64,000 nt of DNA from Octopus vulgaris (GCA_951406725.2 OX597833.1:59954001-60018000), one strand, 5' to 3'. Positions 13,080-26,320 are shown, numbered from the stretch's first letter. A program made the numbers and translations. Notes: generated by a model not told the origin, from the sequence alone.

Positions 13080-13555
13080 CGCTATCACTTAGCACCACCA
13101 CCACCATAAATAACAACACTATCACCAACACTATCAATACCACCACCATAAATAACAACACTATCACCAACACTATCAATACCACTATCACTACCACCAC
13201 CACCATAAATAACAACACTATCACCAACACTACCAACACCACTATCACTACCACCACCACCACCACCATAAATAACAACACTATCACCAACACTATCAAT
13301 ACCACTATCACTACCACCACCACCACCACCATAAATAACAACACTATCACCTACACTATCAATACCACTATCACTACCACCACCATAAATAACAACACTA
13401 TCACCAACACTATCACTACCACCACCACCACCATAAATAACAACACTATCACCAACACTACCAACACGACTATCACTACCACCACCACCACCATGTTCAA
13501 ATACCACCACCACTATCAACAACCACCAACACCACCACCACTACCACTACCACCA
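13080..13555. repeat. ACC-rich minisatellite, ~45-63-bp units
   Basis: Recurrent accataaataacaacactatcacc x7. Confidence 0.9.
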
Positions 13556-14088
13556 TCATTTACCCAGAGAAGGGAAAGAGAATCTTATTAAGTGACCATG
13601 TAGAGAACTACTACATGATCACTTCAAAGTGCTAGAAGTAGCAATCAGATCCCTCTCATATTACATCCTGCTGTTTTAAAACCATGTTGGAGAATGTAGT
13701 CCTTGATATTTCTCAGTCCTGATAAAGAATGGGATGGTCATAGCAGGAATTCAGGGTTTGTTTTAAGTTCAACCACAATAACAACTGTAACCACTTTTGG
13801 CCTTTATTTCTCAAAGAATTTCTCTTCAGTTTCCATATTTGAAGAAGAAGAACTCCAAATTCAGAGCTGGGTGTTGTGTAGCCCCTTACACCACCCAACA
13901 CCAATTTTTATGCCGGTGGCATGTAAAATGCACCATCTGTACGTGGCCAATTATTGGTATTAATAAAATGATTTCTACATCAAAAATTTTAAAAATTACT
14001 GCTAGTAGAAAAAAACGTATGGAAAAAGGAGATCGGGTGTATCATGAGGGATCAAATCCACATTCAAAGGGAGAATTTTTTTCACCAA

Positions 14089-14420
14089 CCATTCGTGGCC
14101 GTTGCCAGCCTACCCTGGCACGTAAGGAGCACCATCCGTATGTGGCCGATGCCAGTGCCGCCTTGACTGGCTTCCGTGCCTGTGGCATGTAAAATGCACC
14201 AACTGATCGTGGCCGTTGCCAGCCTCCCCTGGCATCTGTGCCAGTGGTACGTAAAAAGCACCCACTACACTCACGGAGTGGTTGGTGTTAGGAAGGGCAT
14301 CCAGCTGTAGAAACACTGCCAGATCAGACTGGAGCCTGGTGCAGCCTCCTGGCTCCCCAGACCCCAGTCGAACCGGCCAACCCATGCTAGCATGGAAAAC
14401 AGACGTTAAACGATGATGAT
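14089..14420 (+). mobile_element. SINE family C
   Basis: Family C body with (GAT)n tail. Confidence 0.85.
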
Positions 14421-14574
14421 AATCTCATACAGAGGTGGTCATCCACCAAACCATTGTTTTGGCTGCTGATTCTCCAGTTGTGATGATGTCTTTTGCTTTC
14501 AGACATCCTTTTCCTCCATCTACAAGGATGATGAGAACAACATAACTAAGGGCTGTATTAGCTATGATGTGTAT

Positions 14575-14880
14575 ACAATGTATATTAGTTGGGCTGATGT
14601 CCTCATCTTGATTGTTGCTTTCATTGCATTTCAGCTGTTGTATGCTGCAGCCTTCTTCAGGTATCTTGTGTGGAACTCTGTTGTTGTCTCAGAACTTCAG
14701 TCTAACCCTTTATTTGATCTGTGGAGGTACACTGTTCTCATTCCACTCTCTGCATTTTTTGTGACACTTTTTTTGCTTCAGCTGATTTTTTTTGTGAATT
14801 ACCTTTATGCCTTGCATGGGGATTGAACCCAGAACTTCTAAGTGACTACACTGCATTAACCAACATCTTTATATACTACA
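14575..14880 (-). mobile_element. Old copy of a tRNA-headed SINE with hammerhead motif (14620-14665)
   Basis: Aligns by eye to 16721-16977 in head, gttctcattcc linker and ribozyme/tail. Confidence 0.6.
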
Positions 14881-15429
14881 TTATGCCTCTCGAGGTCGAC
14901 TTTGCCTTTCATCCTTTCAGGGTCGATTAAATAAGTACCAGTTGCGTACTGGGGTCGATCTAATCGACTGGCCTCCTCCCTCAAAATTTCGGGCCCTGTG
15001 CCTAGAATAGAAAAAAAAGAAAAGAAAAAAAAGAAATATAGAATTTTATTAATGTTGTGTATTAGCTATGTATTAATTATAAATGGCTGACCAATTTTGG
15101 GGGCCAAATTGATGCTGGCTGTGAACTTTCTCAGCTCCTCCTTCTGTTGTCAGTTGATTCAGACACTGTGGTACCTTCTTAACAGGATTATTCACTCTTC
15201 TGTTCCCTTTTGGTTCAAACATTGTGGTACTTTCTTAATAGGGTCACCCGACTTCCTTCGGCTTCTGGTTTATTCAGACACTATGGTATTTTTCCTAATG
15301 ACATTTGTGGTCTCTCTTGTCGTAGACAATAGACAAGGGTTCTACAAATTCTTGCTGAACAACTTACACAAATTACTTGTTTACAGTGTTGTATATTAGC
15401 TCACTTTCTCTATCAAATTAACATTTGTC

Positions 15430-15790
15430 TGAACAGGTGAATAGTGTACCATGTGTCAGATGTCGAAGTGATCACAAAGCAACATCATCATCATCATCAT
15501 CGTTTAACGTCTGCTTTCCATGCTAGCATGGGTTGGACGGTTTTGACTGAGGGCTGGTGAACCAGATGGCTGCACCAGGCTCCAATCTTGATCTGACAGA
15601 GTTTCTACAGCTGGATGCCCTTCCTAACGCCAGCCACTCCGAGAGTGTAGTGGGTGCTTTTTATGTGCCACCGGCACATGAAATGAAATGTTTTGCTCAG
15701 GAACATAATACACTCTGACAGTCTGGGAATCGAAACCATGATCCTGTGATCATGAGTGCAACATCCTAACCACTGGGCCATACACCCTCA
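15430..15790 (-). mobile_element. Old family D SINE with a nested family C SINE (15484-15678)
   Basis: D head at 15680-15790; C body in between. Confidence 0.7.
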
Positions 15791-16720
15791 TCGAATGGGG
15801 CCCACACCAGGCAGATGTCTGAACAGTAAGACTTCTCTTCCATGACTCCGGAATGATAAAGCATTTTAGGGAGGTGCACTAACCCCCAACTCACAGGAAG
15901 AAGGTTATTTCAGAAGTTGTTCAGTGTGACCAGGCCAGCTCTGCATAAAAGATTGTGGTTGCTGAGAAATAATTGAGGACCTCAGAGAATAGAACCTTGT
16001 CTTACAGCTAGTGCAGGTGGAATCTTTTAATCTTCTTGACACGTCTCCTTTTAAATGGTCCCTCATCTCACTGACATGCAGCAAATCTAACCGAACAGTG
16101 GCCCTGTTGACACTTGGTATGTTTATGATTGTAGAAGGAGCATTGCTATGGTACGTGCACCTGTTAGTGGTCAGTAGAGTCTGATCCTTAATTGTGCAGG
16201 TGCTATATATTCCTTGTAACATAATGTATCTACGGTTACATTGGCCAGTGTAACCTTTTTTTTTATTTTTAAGGTTTGATCTGAGAGAGAGATTTTGTTG
16301 ATATTTCTAATAAGTTGAGTGGCAGTGTAGCAGTTACTTCATTACTTCACTGACTTAGCATACTGCATTGGGTGTAAAGCAAAAAGTGTATGTGTGTGAT
16401 CATCAATTGTTAATGTCTGTTTTCCTTGGTGGTATAGGTTGGATATAATGGGATATATATAACTTATATGTATAGAGTGTTGTATATAATGGATATATAT
16501 AAAGGCTAAATATAAAGGTTATATAATAGGTTGTATATAAAGGGTATATATAATGGATTATATATAAAGGGCATATATAAATGTAGGTGATAAATACATT
16601 TGTTCAACAGATTTCCATTTTTGCATTATAGTGTCCTTTCTACTATCTATCGGTCTGTCTACACACACACACAGATGGATGCCTTGCTATTTGCAGTCTG
16701 ATGTGATCTTATTGTATCTC

Positions 16721-16977
16721 TACATTATTTACATTGGATGGATATGTGTTCTCATCTTGTTTGTTATTACCATAATGTTTCGGCTGATTTACTCTCCAAC
16801 CTTCATCAGGTGTCCTGGTAGAATTTTCAACCCAACTCTGGGTTCTCATTCCTAAGGTATTTTTTGCTGATGCTATTATTATTATTATTATTATTATTTA
16901 TTCAAGGCGCTGCCTGGAATTGAACTCGTAACCTTGGGGTTAGTAGCCCATGCTCTTAACCATTACGCTATATGCCC
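16721..16977 (-). mobile_element. tRNA-headed SINE carrying a type-I hammerhead motif (16769-16814)
   Basis: Head gggcatatagcgtaatggtt (A box)...gagttcaattcc (B box), (TAA)n linker, then gacac-CTGATGA-a-GGTTG..CAGCC-GAA-ACAT-t. Confidence 0.7.
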
Positions 16978-17752
16978 GTGGGCAATTATAGAACAGTATT
17001 ATTGTATCTCCGTTTGACACTTCCCGTTTGGATACTCTCATAGGTGTCAAGGTATTAACTTGGCAAGTAAACTGCTGCTACAGGTGTGCTACCTCCTTGT
17101 CAAGAACCCTTAACCATAAATGACACCATCCACCTGGCTGTAAATAGGTTACACTGTAAGCTGATGAGTATTTGGTGTGGTAAGAGGTCACAGCGAATGG
17201 GGAAGATAGTTATGGTGGTAGCAGAGATTAAATTCTGTTGAAGTTTTAATGTCATCAAGTTACTGTTTTTAATTATTATATTATGGTGGTGATGGTGGTG
17301 GTGGTGGTGATGGTAGCGATGATGATGAAGAGGAAGATTTTATACTCTGAAATTTTAAATATCAATAATCTAAATGGTGAATTATTGATGACATCAATAG
17401 TTTCGGTATTGATTTCCCGTAACAATGAATGCTTAGTTGAAGCTTATATCTTCACAGTTTGTTTCTCTAAGTTTCGCATTGCTGCTACTGTCATATGTAT
17501 GTATACGTATGCGTGTACAATATATATATGAATCTACGTATTTGTATGTGTATATATATATACCTGTGTATGTGTTCACACACACACATCTATATCTAAT
17601 AATATATTTTTTTACAGTGTATCTAGTGATTTAACCCAGTTTCCTTAATCAAATATATTGTGTGTATATGCATGTTTGAGTGTATGTATATATGTATATA
17701 AATATATACACACACATATATATCTACATCTAATATATTCTCTCTTTTACAG

Positions 17753-17837
17753 TCTCTCTGATGGTTCGACCCGGTTTCCCAAGCTAGAAGAGTGTGCCCA
17801 CTTCCATTATGACTTTGTTGAACTCGGTCAACTGCAG
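17753..17837 (+). CDS. ARHGAP32: Internal coding exon of a Rho GTPase-activating protein of the ARHGAP32/ARHGAP33/CdGAPr family (motif preceding the PX domain)
   Basis: tctcttttacAG acceptor, cag/GTagat donor, 85 nt, phase 2 to 0; translates LSDGSTRFPKLEECAHFHYDFVELGQLQ, matching the recalled family motif FPKLxECAHFHYxxVxxGxxQ. Confidence 0.82.
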
Positions 17838-17882
17838 GTAGATATTACCACATTGTTTTATAGAACTTACATCATTGTTTTT

Positions 17883-17915
<33 letters not shown>

Positions 17916-18038
17916 ATAATATTGTTTTATATCAGTTATATACATTGACATACCATTCACATCCATACCCCAAAGCACCTTAAATTATATATGTATATGT
18001 GTGTGTTTGTATTTATGTCTGTGTATGTAGTCTATTAT

Positions 18039-18345
18039 ATCATCATCATCATCGTTTAGCGTCCGCTTTCCATGCTAGCATGGGTTGGACGGTTCGACTG
18101 GGGATCTGGGAAGCCAGAAGGCTGCACCAGGCTCCAGTCTGATCTGGCAGTGTTTCTACAGCTGGATGCCCTTCCTAACGCCAACCACTCCGTGAGTGTA
18201 GTGGGTGCTTTTTACGTGCCACCGGCACAGAAGCCAGTCAGGGTGGCGCTGGCTACGGCAACGTTCGGATGGTTCTCTTACATGCCACCAGCACTGGTAT
18301 CACAGCTACAAATTCCACTGATGTTGATAGATTACGATTTTGATT
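18039..18345 (-). mobile_element. SINE family C
   Basis: Family C body with (ATC)n. Confidence 0.85.
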
Positions 18346-18356
18346 TTATGTATTTA

Positions 18357-18777
18357 CTAGCAGCATAGCCCGGCGTTGCCCGGGTATGTAAGAGTCCCTA
18401 GTAGGCAATGACTAATCCCAATCTAGTTCTTTCCCTCTAGTGAACAAAGGCGCATGTGTAGGTTGCAATGTCTTCTCTTCACTCGAATACTTCTGTGTAT
18501 ACGATGTTCCTAGCTGTCCCTAGCTGTCGAGTTGTGTCCCCTAGACAGAAAATGTGTTGCATATAAAAAGCTTAGATTCTCGACCCCATGTCGAATTTAT
18601 CGATTTTTTTCAGAACTGGGGGAACTTTTCAAAATTTTCGCTGCGTTAGTTTTGAATTATGACACTGGGCTATGTGTGTGTCAAGTTTCATCAGAATCGG
18701 TTGAAAGCCATGGTCAGGGTGAGGGTACAACCTGACAGACACACAGACAGACAAACTGCCGTTTATATAGAGAGAGA
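18357..18777 (-). mobile_element. Non-autonomous Helitron
   Basis: Minus strand begins TC(tctctatata), ends with hairpin cccgggcaacgccggg plus CTAG; inserted between A and T with no TSD. Confidence 0.8.
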
Positions 18778-19069
18778 TATAATCATCGTTATTTAACATC
18801 GGTGTTCCATGCTGGCATGAGTTGAACAGCTTGACACGATTCATCAAGCCAGGGAGCTGTGTTGAACTCCAGTATCTGCTTTGGCTGGGAACACAAAAAT
18901 GGGAATGGAATACGTGCGGTTCTGCTCTCATATAATTTTACAGCAGCTTAGTAAATAGTTCTGTAGTTAGAAGAGAAATGGGAGTGTTAGGCAGATGAGT
19001 TGTGGATAAGGCTTGACACAGACAGAGCGAGCGTGGAGGTATGAACATTAACCACTTTCAGGACTTCAT

Positions 19070-19323
19070 GACGGGGACGTAAACACACTAGCATCGGTTG
19101 TCAAGCAATGCTAGGGAGACAAACACAGACACACACATACACATATATATATACATACATATATACGATGGGCTTCTTTCACTTTCCATCTACCAAATTC
19201 ACTCACAAGGCATTGGTCGGCCCGGGGCTATAGTAGAAGACACTTGCCCAAGATGCCACGCAGTGGGACTGAACCTGGAACCATGTGGTTGGTTAGCAAG
19301 CTACTTACCACACAGCCACTCCT
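19070..19323 (-). mobile_element. SINE family B, tail truncated
   Basis: Identity to other B copies. Confidence 0.85.
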
Positions 19324-19324
19324 C

Positions 19325-19510
19325 TCGCTTTTTCTCCCAAAACATTTACACTTTGTCATGCATGCTCACTGACATTGCACATCCAGTGGAGCATATTAGC
19401 TTAATTAGTTTCTTTCCAGTTTTTGCATGTCCTCTACACTCACGACCCATGTTTCACTACCATGTGGCATTGCTATTTGTGCACAAGCATCATACAATCT
19501 GCCTTCCACC

Positions 19511-19552
<42 letters not shown>

Positions 19553-19830
19553 GGTCTTCATTACCAAAAGCAGTAAAAACTCTATGAATTTTCCCCAGTT
19601 GATTTTTGTTCTAGCAACTATATTTCAGAACATCCTCCTCCAATTCTAAATTGGTCACCTAGGTAACAGAAACTATCTACTTCTAGAAATCCTGTTGGGT
19701 ATTTGAGAAAATCTCTTTCCTATGAAGTCTTAGTGTTTATCATTCATGTACATATGCCACATACAAACTCTACTTTCTCTTTTAACCTCTGTTTGTGATT
19801 CTTCTACACCTCTTGTGTGTCCATATCTAC
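19325..19830 (-). mobile_element. Degraded RTE LINE fragment
   Basis: Minus-strand motifs DSFCYLGDQ and EGRLYDACAQIAMPHGSETW. Confidence 0.7.
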
Positions 19831-22012
19831 ACTGGTTACACTAAATGCAATTTGTAACTACTTTTCTATATATATATATCAAGCAAGGTCATTTCCTTGA
19901 TAGAAGAACTGTCTGTTTTCTTGCTTGCAAGAACTTTGGTCTTTGCGAATACATATATGCATATACATTCATGTGTGTGTGTGTATGTATGTAGGGAGTC
20001 CACTATATGTGTGTGTGTGTGTGTGTGGCTGTGTTGGTATGCAGATATGGAGTTTCCTTTGTAACCATGGGGTTTCAAGTTCTAGTTCGCTGCAGGGAAC
20101 ATTTGGCAGACATCTTCTGTTGTTGCTTATCAGTGGCTTGTTAACAGAATTGGTGGGTGAAAACTGCATGGAAGCCTCTTGTGTACATGTGTGTGTGTGT
20201 GTGTGTGTGGTTTATATTCCATGTTTTCACCTGAAAGTAGTGAGCCAAACACTGGCATTAGGTTGATTATTCTGTGTCAACAAATCACCTCCACCCTCTG
20301 CAGCTCTGCATTTCTGAAGACAAGTGGGATGAGAAATCTCTTAGTTGAACGATAGGTGAAGGTTAGCAACAGGAAGGGAGTCTGACAGTAAAACAGTACC
20401 TCAATAATATTCACCCAATCCATGCTGGGAAAATGAATATAAAACAAATGAATGAATGTCATATTTATCAACATCAACTCCTATCTATTCATCCATAACC
20501 TACATACATACGCACACACACACATATTCAAATGAATATGGTACTTAATTTAAAGGCACCAGGATTTGGTATGGTATCATCCATATAAATCAAATGTTGG
20601 TGAGTATATTCAAAATAAGCAACAAGGATATCCAAGATATTGTAGTACAATCGTTTCATGCTACTTCATTTTATTAAACACTGTAAGTATTACATCAGTT
20701 TTAAAATGTTGAGCAATCTTCAGCCACATAAAGAATTTTTGAATTAAATGGACAATGCACATTTTTATACTTATTTCATTTGCCAACATTACAAAGAGGG
20801 TAGATATATAGACAGAAAGGTTAATTTCATTAAGAACATGGTGGTAGTATGTCCTTCTCCATCTGTAGATATATATATATAAATGCTGTATACTATACAC
20901 TCTCTCTCTACATTCTTCTACACCACATAACACCTCATATATTTGGTCAGTTAGGCAGCCTCTAGATTGTTACTCAGCCTTCCAAAATACCCACCAAATT
21001 TTCCAATTGCATGTTTACTGTTTTAAGTATGGGAATATACATAGGACTTATATAGTTCCTCATGTACAAAAGAGACGGGATGATCATGGCTGGAACATTT
21101 TTGATTATAGGTCTACTGGCTCTGAGCTGACCTTGGGCTAAACAACTTACCTCGTATGGCTAAGATGGTGGTGGTGCTGATGGTGCTACAACACTCCAGT
21201 TTCTAAATAAGACAGTATTACAAACTGTTGCCATGGTTACTGTATCACGGGGAGTATTAGGGGTAGGAAGGTGGTAATTGGGAGAAACGGAATAGCTTAT
21301 ACAATTGTGAGTTGTGAGTTCGAATCCAGCTAATGTTAAAACCTTTCATTTCTGGAGACTTATAGTCTACATTAAGGTTTAACTCTCCCTTCTTATTTGT
21401 TGGCCCCTACATTATAATATATTATTATTATTATTACCATCTCTGACTCATTGTTTACCCCCTCCTCCTTCAGCACTTATCCTCCTCCCTCTCTCATTTC
21501 TTTTCTATCTGTTGCACTTACTCCCCCCCGCCACCTAAGGTCCTGAGACAGTTTCATATCAATAAAGCCACACCTTCATCAAATGTTACAGTAGTAGTGT
21601 GGATGGAGATGGTGGTGGTGGTGGTGATGGTGGTGGTGGTGATGATGATGATGGTGGTGGTGGTGGTGGTAGTATGGTTCGTTGGTGGTGTGGCTGGTGT
21701 TATACCATTTCACAGCCCAATCACATCACATCACAACCACCACCAACACCACCACCCACATTGCTATGACCAATGCCTTTAACACTACCACCCACACAAC
21801 CACCTCATTATAACAATACCACTACTACTGCTATTACTACACTAATTTTGGTGAGAAATAAAATTGTGTGTGTGTGTATATATATGTATGTATGTACATG
21901 TGTGTGAGGATAGATAGATAGATATACAAACACACATATACAAGTATATAATTCTGTGTTTATAGACATATATATCAATCTATATATCTATATATGTGTA
22001 TACATATATCTA

Positions 22013-22063
<51 letters not shown>

Positions 22064-22116
22064 CACACACAGAATTATCTATCTATCTATCTATCTATCT
22101 CTCTCTCTCTCTCTCC

Positions 22117-22172
<56 letters not shown>

Positions 22173-22240
22173 TATGTATGTATATACACATACACACACA
22201 CACACATATACTATGAATTATCTGTCTGTCTATCAATCAT

Positions 22241-22273
<33 letters not shown>

Positions 22274-22689
22274 AAGATACAGGTGGTAATTTTGGCTGTT
22301 ATGAAATATTTCAGTGTAATTGACTCATTGTGAGGGTCTTGTGGTGAAATGTGAGAGTGACACTGTTGACACCATCAGCACCATCACCACCATCATCATC
22401 ATCACCATCATCACCAACTTCATTATCACTACCATCACCGCCACTACCACCACCACCATCACTATTGTCACTGCCGCCGTGGTGACATGCGATGATGCCA
22501 TTACATGCTGCACCCCCCCTCTTTCCAACACCGTCTCTAAATACCATTGCAACAACTAATGCAACCCCCCCTCCACCCACCCACTCGCTGCTGCTGCTGT
22601 CGGTGTTGCTGCTGCTGCTGCTACAGAAATCAATACTGCTAGAATTTCCATCTCTCCGTTCTGTAAGATAATGTAGTGGGGGAGAGGGG

Positions 22690-22857
22690 GTGTAGAGATG
22701 TCTGTTCTGGCATTGCTTCTTTCTCACCTCTCTCTCTCCCCCCACACACACGCGTGCGCGCTCGCGCACACATAACACACACATAGCCAGACAGTGTAAG
22801 CTAGCTGCACATTGTCTGCACTACTGCGTCACACCAGTACCGGCAGAGTACGGCACC
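22690..22857 (+). promoter_or_regulatory. Putative internal promoter / 5'UTR
   Basis: TE-free; CpG cluster cacgcgtgcgcgctcgcgca upstream of the ATG exon. Confidence 0.4.
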
Positions 22858-22920
22858 ATGCAACACGTCTCCTACCGGACTACGTATCCATGGTTCTACC
22901 GCGACCAGTCTGGCTTCAAG
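22858..22920 (+). CDS. Putative alternative first coding exon MQHVSYRTTYPWFYRDQSGFK
   Basis: Kozak-like ggcaccATG, 21 codons, aag/GTaaat donor in phase 0, CpG-rich unique upstream sequence. Confidence 0.6.
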
Positions 22921-24056
22921 GTAAATCATTCGTAGAGTTGTCAAATGTCTCACCTGTGTCGTCCATGCTTCAGTGACTTCTCAGCAACATCCTCTCTTAG
23001 TCACCTCTGGTTACACTTCAGTGAATTCTTGTCACCATCTTTCTGTGTATGTATGTCTGTCTCTGTCTGTGTCTCGCCCACATTATTCCTTTAAGGAATT
23101 GGCAATCCTTGTGTTGTATCTTTGATAAAGTAAGGCAATATGACACTCACCTGCGTCGTGCTTCATTGAATTCCTGTGATAATCATTGTTAGTCATGTTT
23201 CCCTCCATCAATATGGTACGTCACCTTCTGAATCCCACCTTTTACGCACTTCACTGAGTTTCAATTACAGATCAACATCCATCTCTCACCTGTGACACAC
23301 TTCACTGAATTCTAATCTCACCGTCCTGGTTTTCATTCATTCTTTGTTTATTAAAACTGTTTTGATTTACCTTTCACACCACCTTCATACTATTCATCAT
23401 CATCATCCTTATCACCATCATCATCACCATCATTATCTTCCTCATCATCACCGTTATCATCGTCACCAGCATCATTACTATTATTATCATCACTACCATC
23501 ACCACCATCATTAATACCCTCATCACTTCTATTACTACGATCATCGATGATCATCGTCATCACTACCACCACACTACCTCCATCACCACCACCACCACCC
23601 GTCAATACTATTGTCACTACCATAGCCACCAGCATCTTCATCATCATCTTCATAAAGCTATAGTTCCTGTAAACCTTCAAAATAGGTCACCCTTCCCCCC
23701 CTCCGTATACTGCCCCCCCCAAGCCACCAACCTGTGAATTATGTTCTTGAGGTGGAATGAGGTGAAACATAAAAGTGGAGTGGGGGAGGTGTCTGTTATT
23801 GGAAAGTCTGACTTCGGAGACAGACAGACAGACATTGCATGCTGGTCTATATATGCACATTCTTATACACACTTGAAAACATAAACATATACACATGCTT
23901 AACTATATACTAACATGAGTGTATATATTAAAAAATACAGACGCATACACACATAAACAGATGCCTATACATATATACACACACAAACACATACACATCT
24001 GTTTGCACAATATACACATAATCACACAATTATGAACATGACCACATGCATACATA

Positions 24057-24287
<231 letters not shown>

Positions 24288-24293
<6 letters not shown>

Positions 24294-24520
24294 ATATGTT
24301 ACAATTACTCAATAGTCAAGATAAAGCTCTGAGTTTCAGAGTTTCTGATGGTCAGATAACCGAAGAGATGGTGCTGTGGATTTCCACTTCGGCATCTGAA
24401 ACTCAGAGTTTTATCTTGACTATCGAGTAATTGTAACATATTATTTTTATAAATAAATTTCCTCTATTTACATAGTATTGAGGTCTCTTTCTTTCTTTTG
24501 TTATCTTACCGTTTTTACCA

Positions 24521-24521
<1 letters not shown>
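24288..24521 (+). mobile_element. Penelope-like fragment with ~50-bp inverted repeat and hammerhead motif (24354-24416)
   Basis: Arms 24288-24340 / 24395-24447; tail shared with 37891-37970 (-); (TA)n on both sides. Confidence 0.6.
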
Positions 24522-24551
<30 letters not shown>

Positions 24552-24986
24552 CACAATGAACACATACTCATACGAAGATACGAAAAGATGCATCAGAACT
24601 CATACACATATATATATATCTTCACATAGACACACACATATATACACACATCCATATTTGTACAAATGATGTCAAAATATTCCACCATAATGCATTTTTG
24701 CGTCGCACATTCCTAGTCTGGAACTTTGAGCAAGTGTCTATCGATGCTGGACGTGATTCTTACGGTTTATACTCACACGACTACGATGTATTTAGATATA
24801 TGTATAGCATTTATGTATTTTTAATTATAAATGTCGTATATTGGGAATGAATGAGTAAAGCAAACCTTTCTTTCCAGTTTTTTTGTGCCCAATATAAAAT
24901 CTTTACTGCTCTCCTTTAAACTACTTTCATTTTATTTTAACTTCATATATGTTCTCTCTCTTACTCTTTCCATATATATACGTGTG

Positions 24987-25049
<63 letters not shown>

Positions 25050-25096
25050 TGAGAGAGAGTTTGTGTGTGTACATATATATACGTATGTACATGTGC

Positions 25097-25132
<36 letters not shown>

Positions 25133-25801
25133 CTACATACATATATATATGTGTGTACATATGTATGTCCCCGTAACTTAGCGGTTCGGTAAAAGAGACC
25201 GATAGAATAAGTACTAGGCTTCCAAAGAATAAGTCCTGGGGGCGATTTGCTCGACTAAAGGCAGTACTCCAGCATGGCCATAGTCACATGACTGGAACAA
25301 GTAAAAGAGTACATACGTACGTACATAAACATACATACGTTCATACATATATGTATATATATGTATGTATATGTACATACATATATATGTATGTGTATAT
25401 ATATATATATATTTATGCATATGTAAATATACTTATGTACATATGTATATATATATATACATACATACATACGCATAATAATTGTCATGCATTAAATATT
25501 TATTAAACATTGGTGTGGTGCTTCTATGTGTACACACACACACACACACAAACACAAATATACACACACACATATCTTTAGATGTCCAGCGTCCGGGATG
25601 GAGTCGAGATATCTGATGAACTAAGCTGCTCCTTCATGAAACTTTGAGTAATGCACAGTTGAGTCAACTTGTTAATAAAATATATTCAGCTTCTGCAGTA
25701 CATCCTGAGGACCTTTGTTGTCATTCATTCGTACACTCCCTTCTGTATGCCTGTATCTTCCTGTGCTTCTCCCCCCCTCTTTCTATGTATCTACGTATGT
25801 G

Positions 25802-25832
<31 letters not shown>

Positions 25833-26230
25833 CTTTTACTCTTTTACTTGCTTCAGTCATTTGACTGCGGCCATGCTGGAGCACCGCCTTTAATCGAGCA
25901 ACTCGACCCCGGGACTTATTCTTTTGTAAGCCCAGTACTTATTCTATCGGTCTCTTTTGCCAAACCGCTAAGTGACGGCGACGTAAACACACCAGCATCG
26001 GTTGTCAAGCAATGCTAGGGGGACAGACACACAAACACATACACACACACACACATATATATATACATATATACGACAGGCTTCTTTCAGTTTCCGTCTA
26101 CCAAATTCACTCACAAGGCATTGGTCGGCCCGGGGCTATAGCAGAAGACACTTGCCCAAGGTGCCACGCAGTGGAACTGAACCCACAACCATGTGGTTGG
26201 TTAGCAAGCTACTTACCACACAGCCACTCT
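25833..26230 (-). mobile_element. SINE family B
   Basis: Near full-length, within (TA)n. Confidence 0.9.
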
Positions 26231-26245
26231 ATATATATATTTATT

Positions 26246-26320
<75 letters not shown>

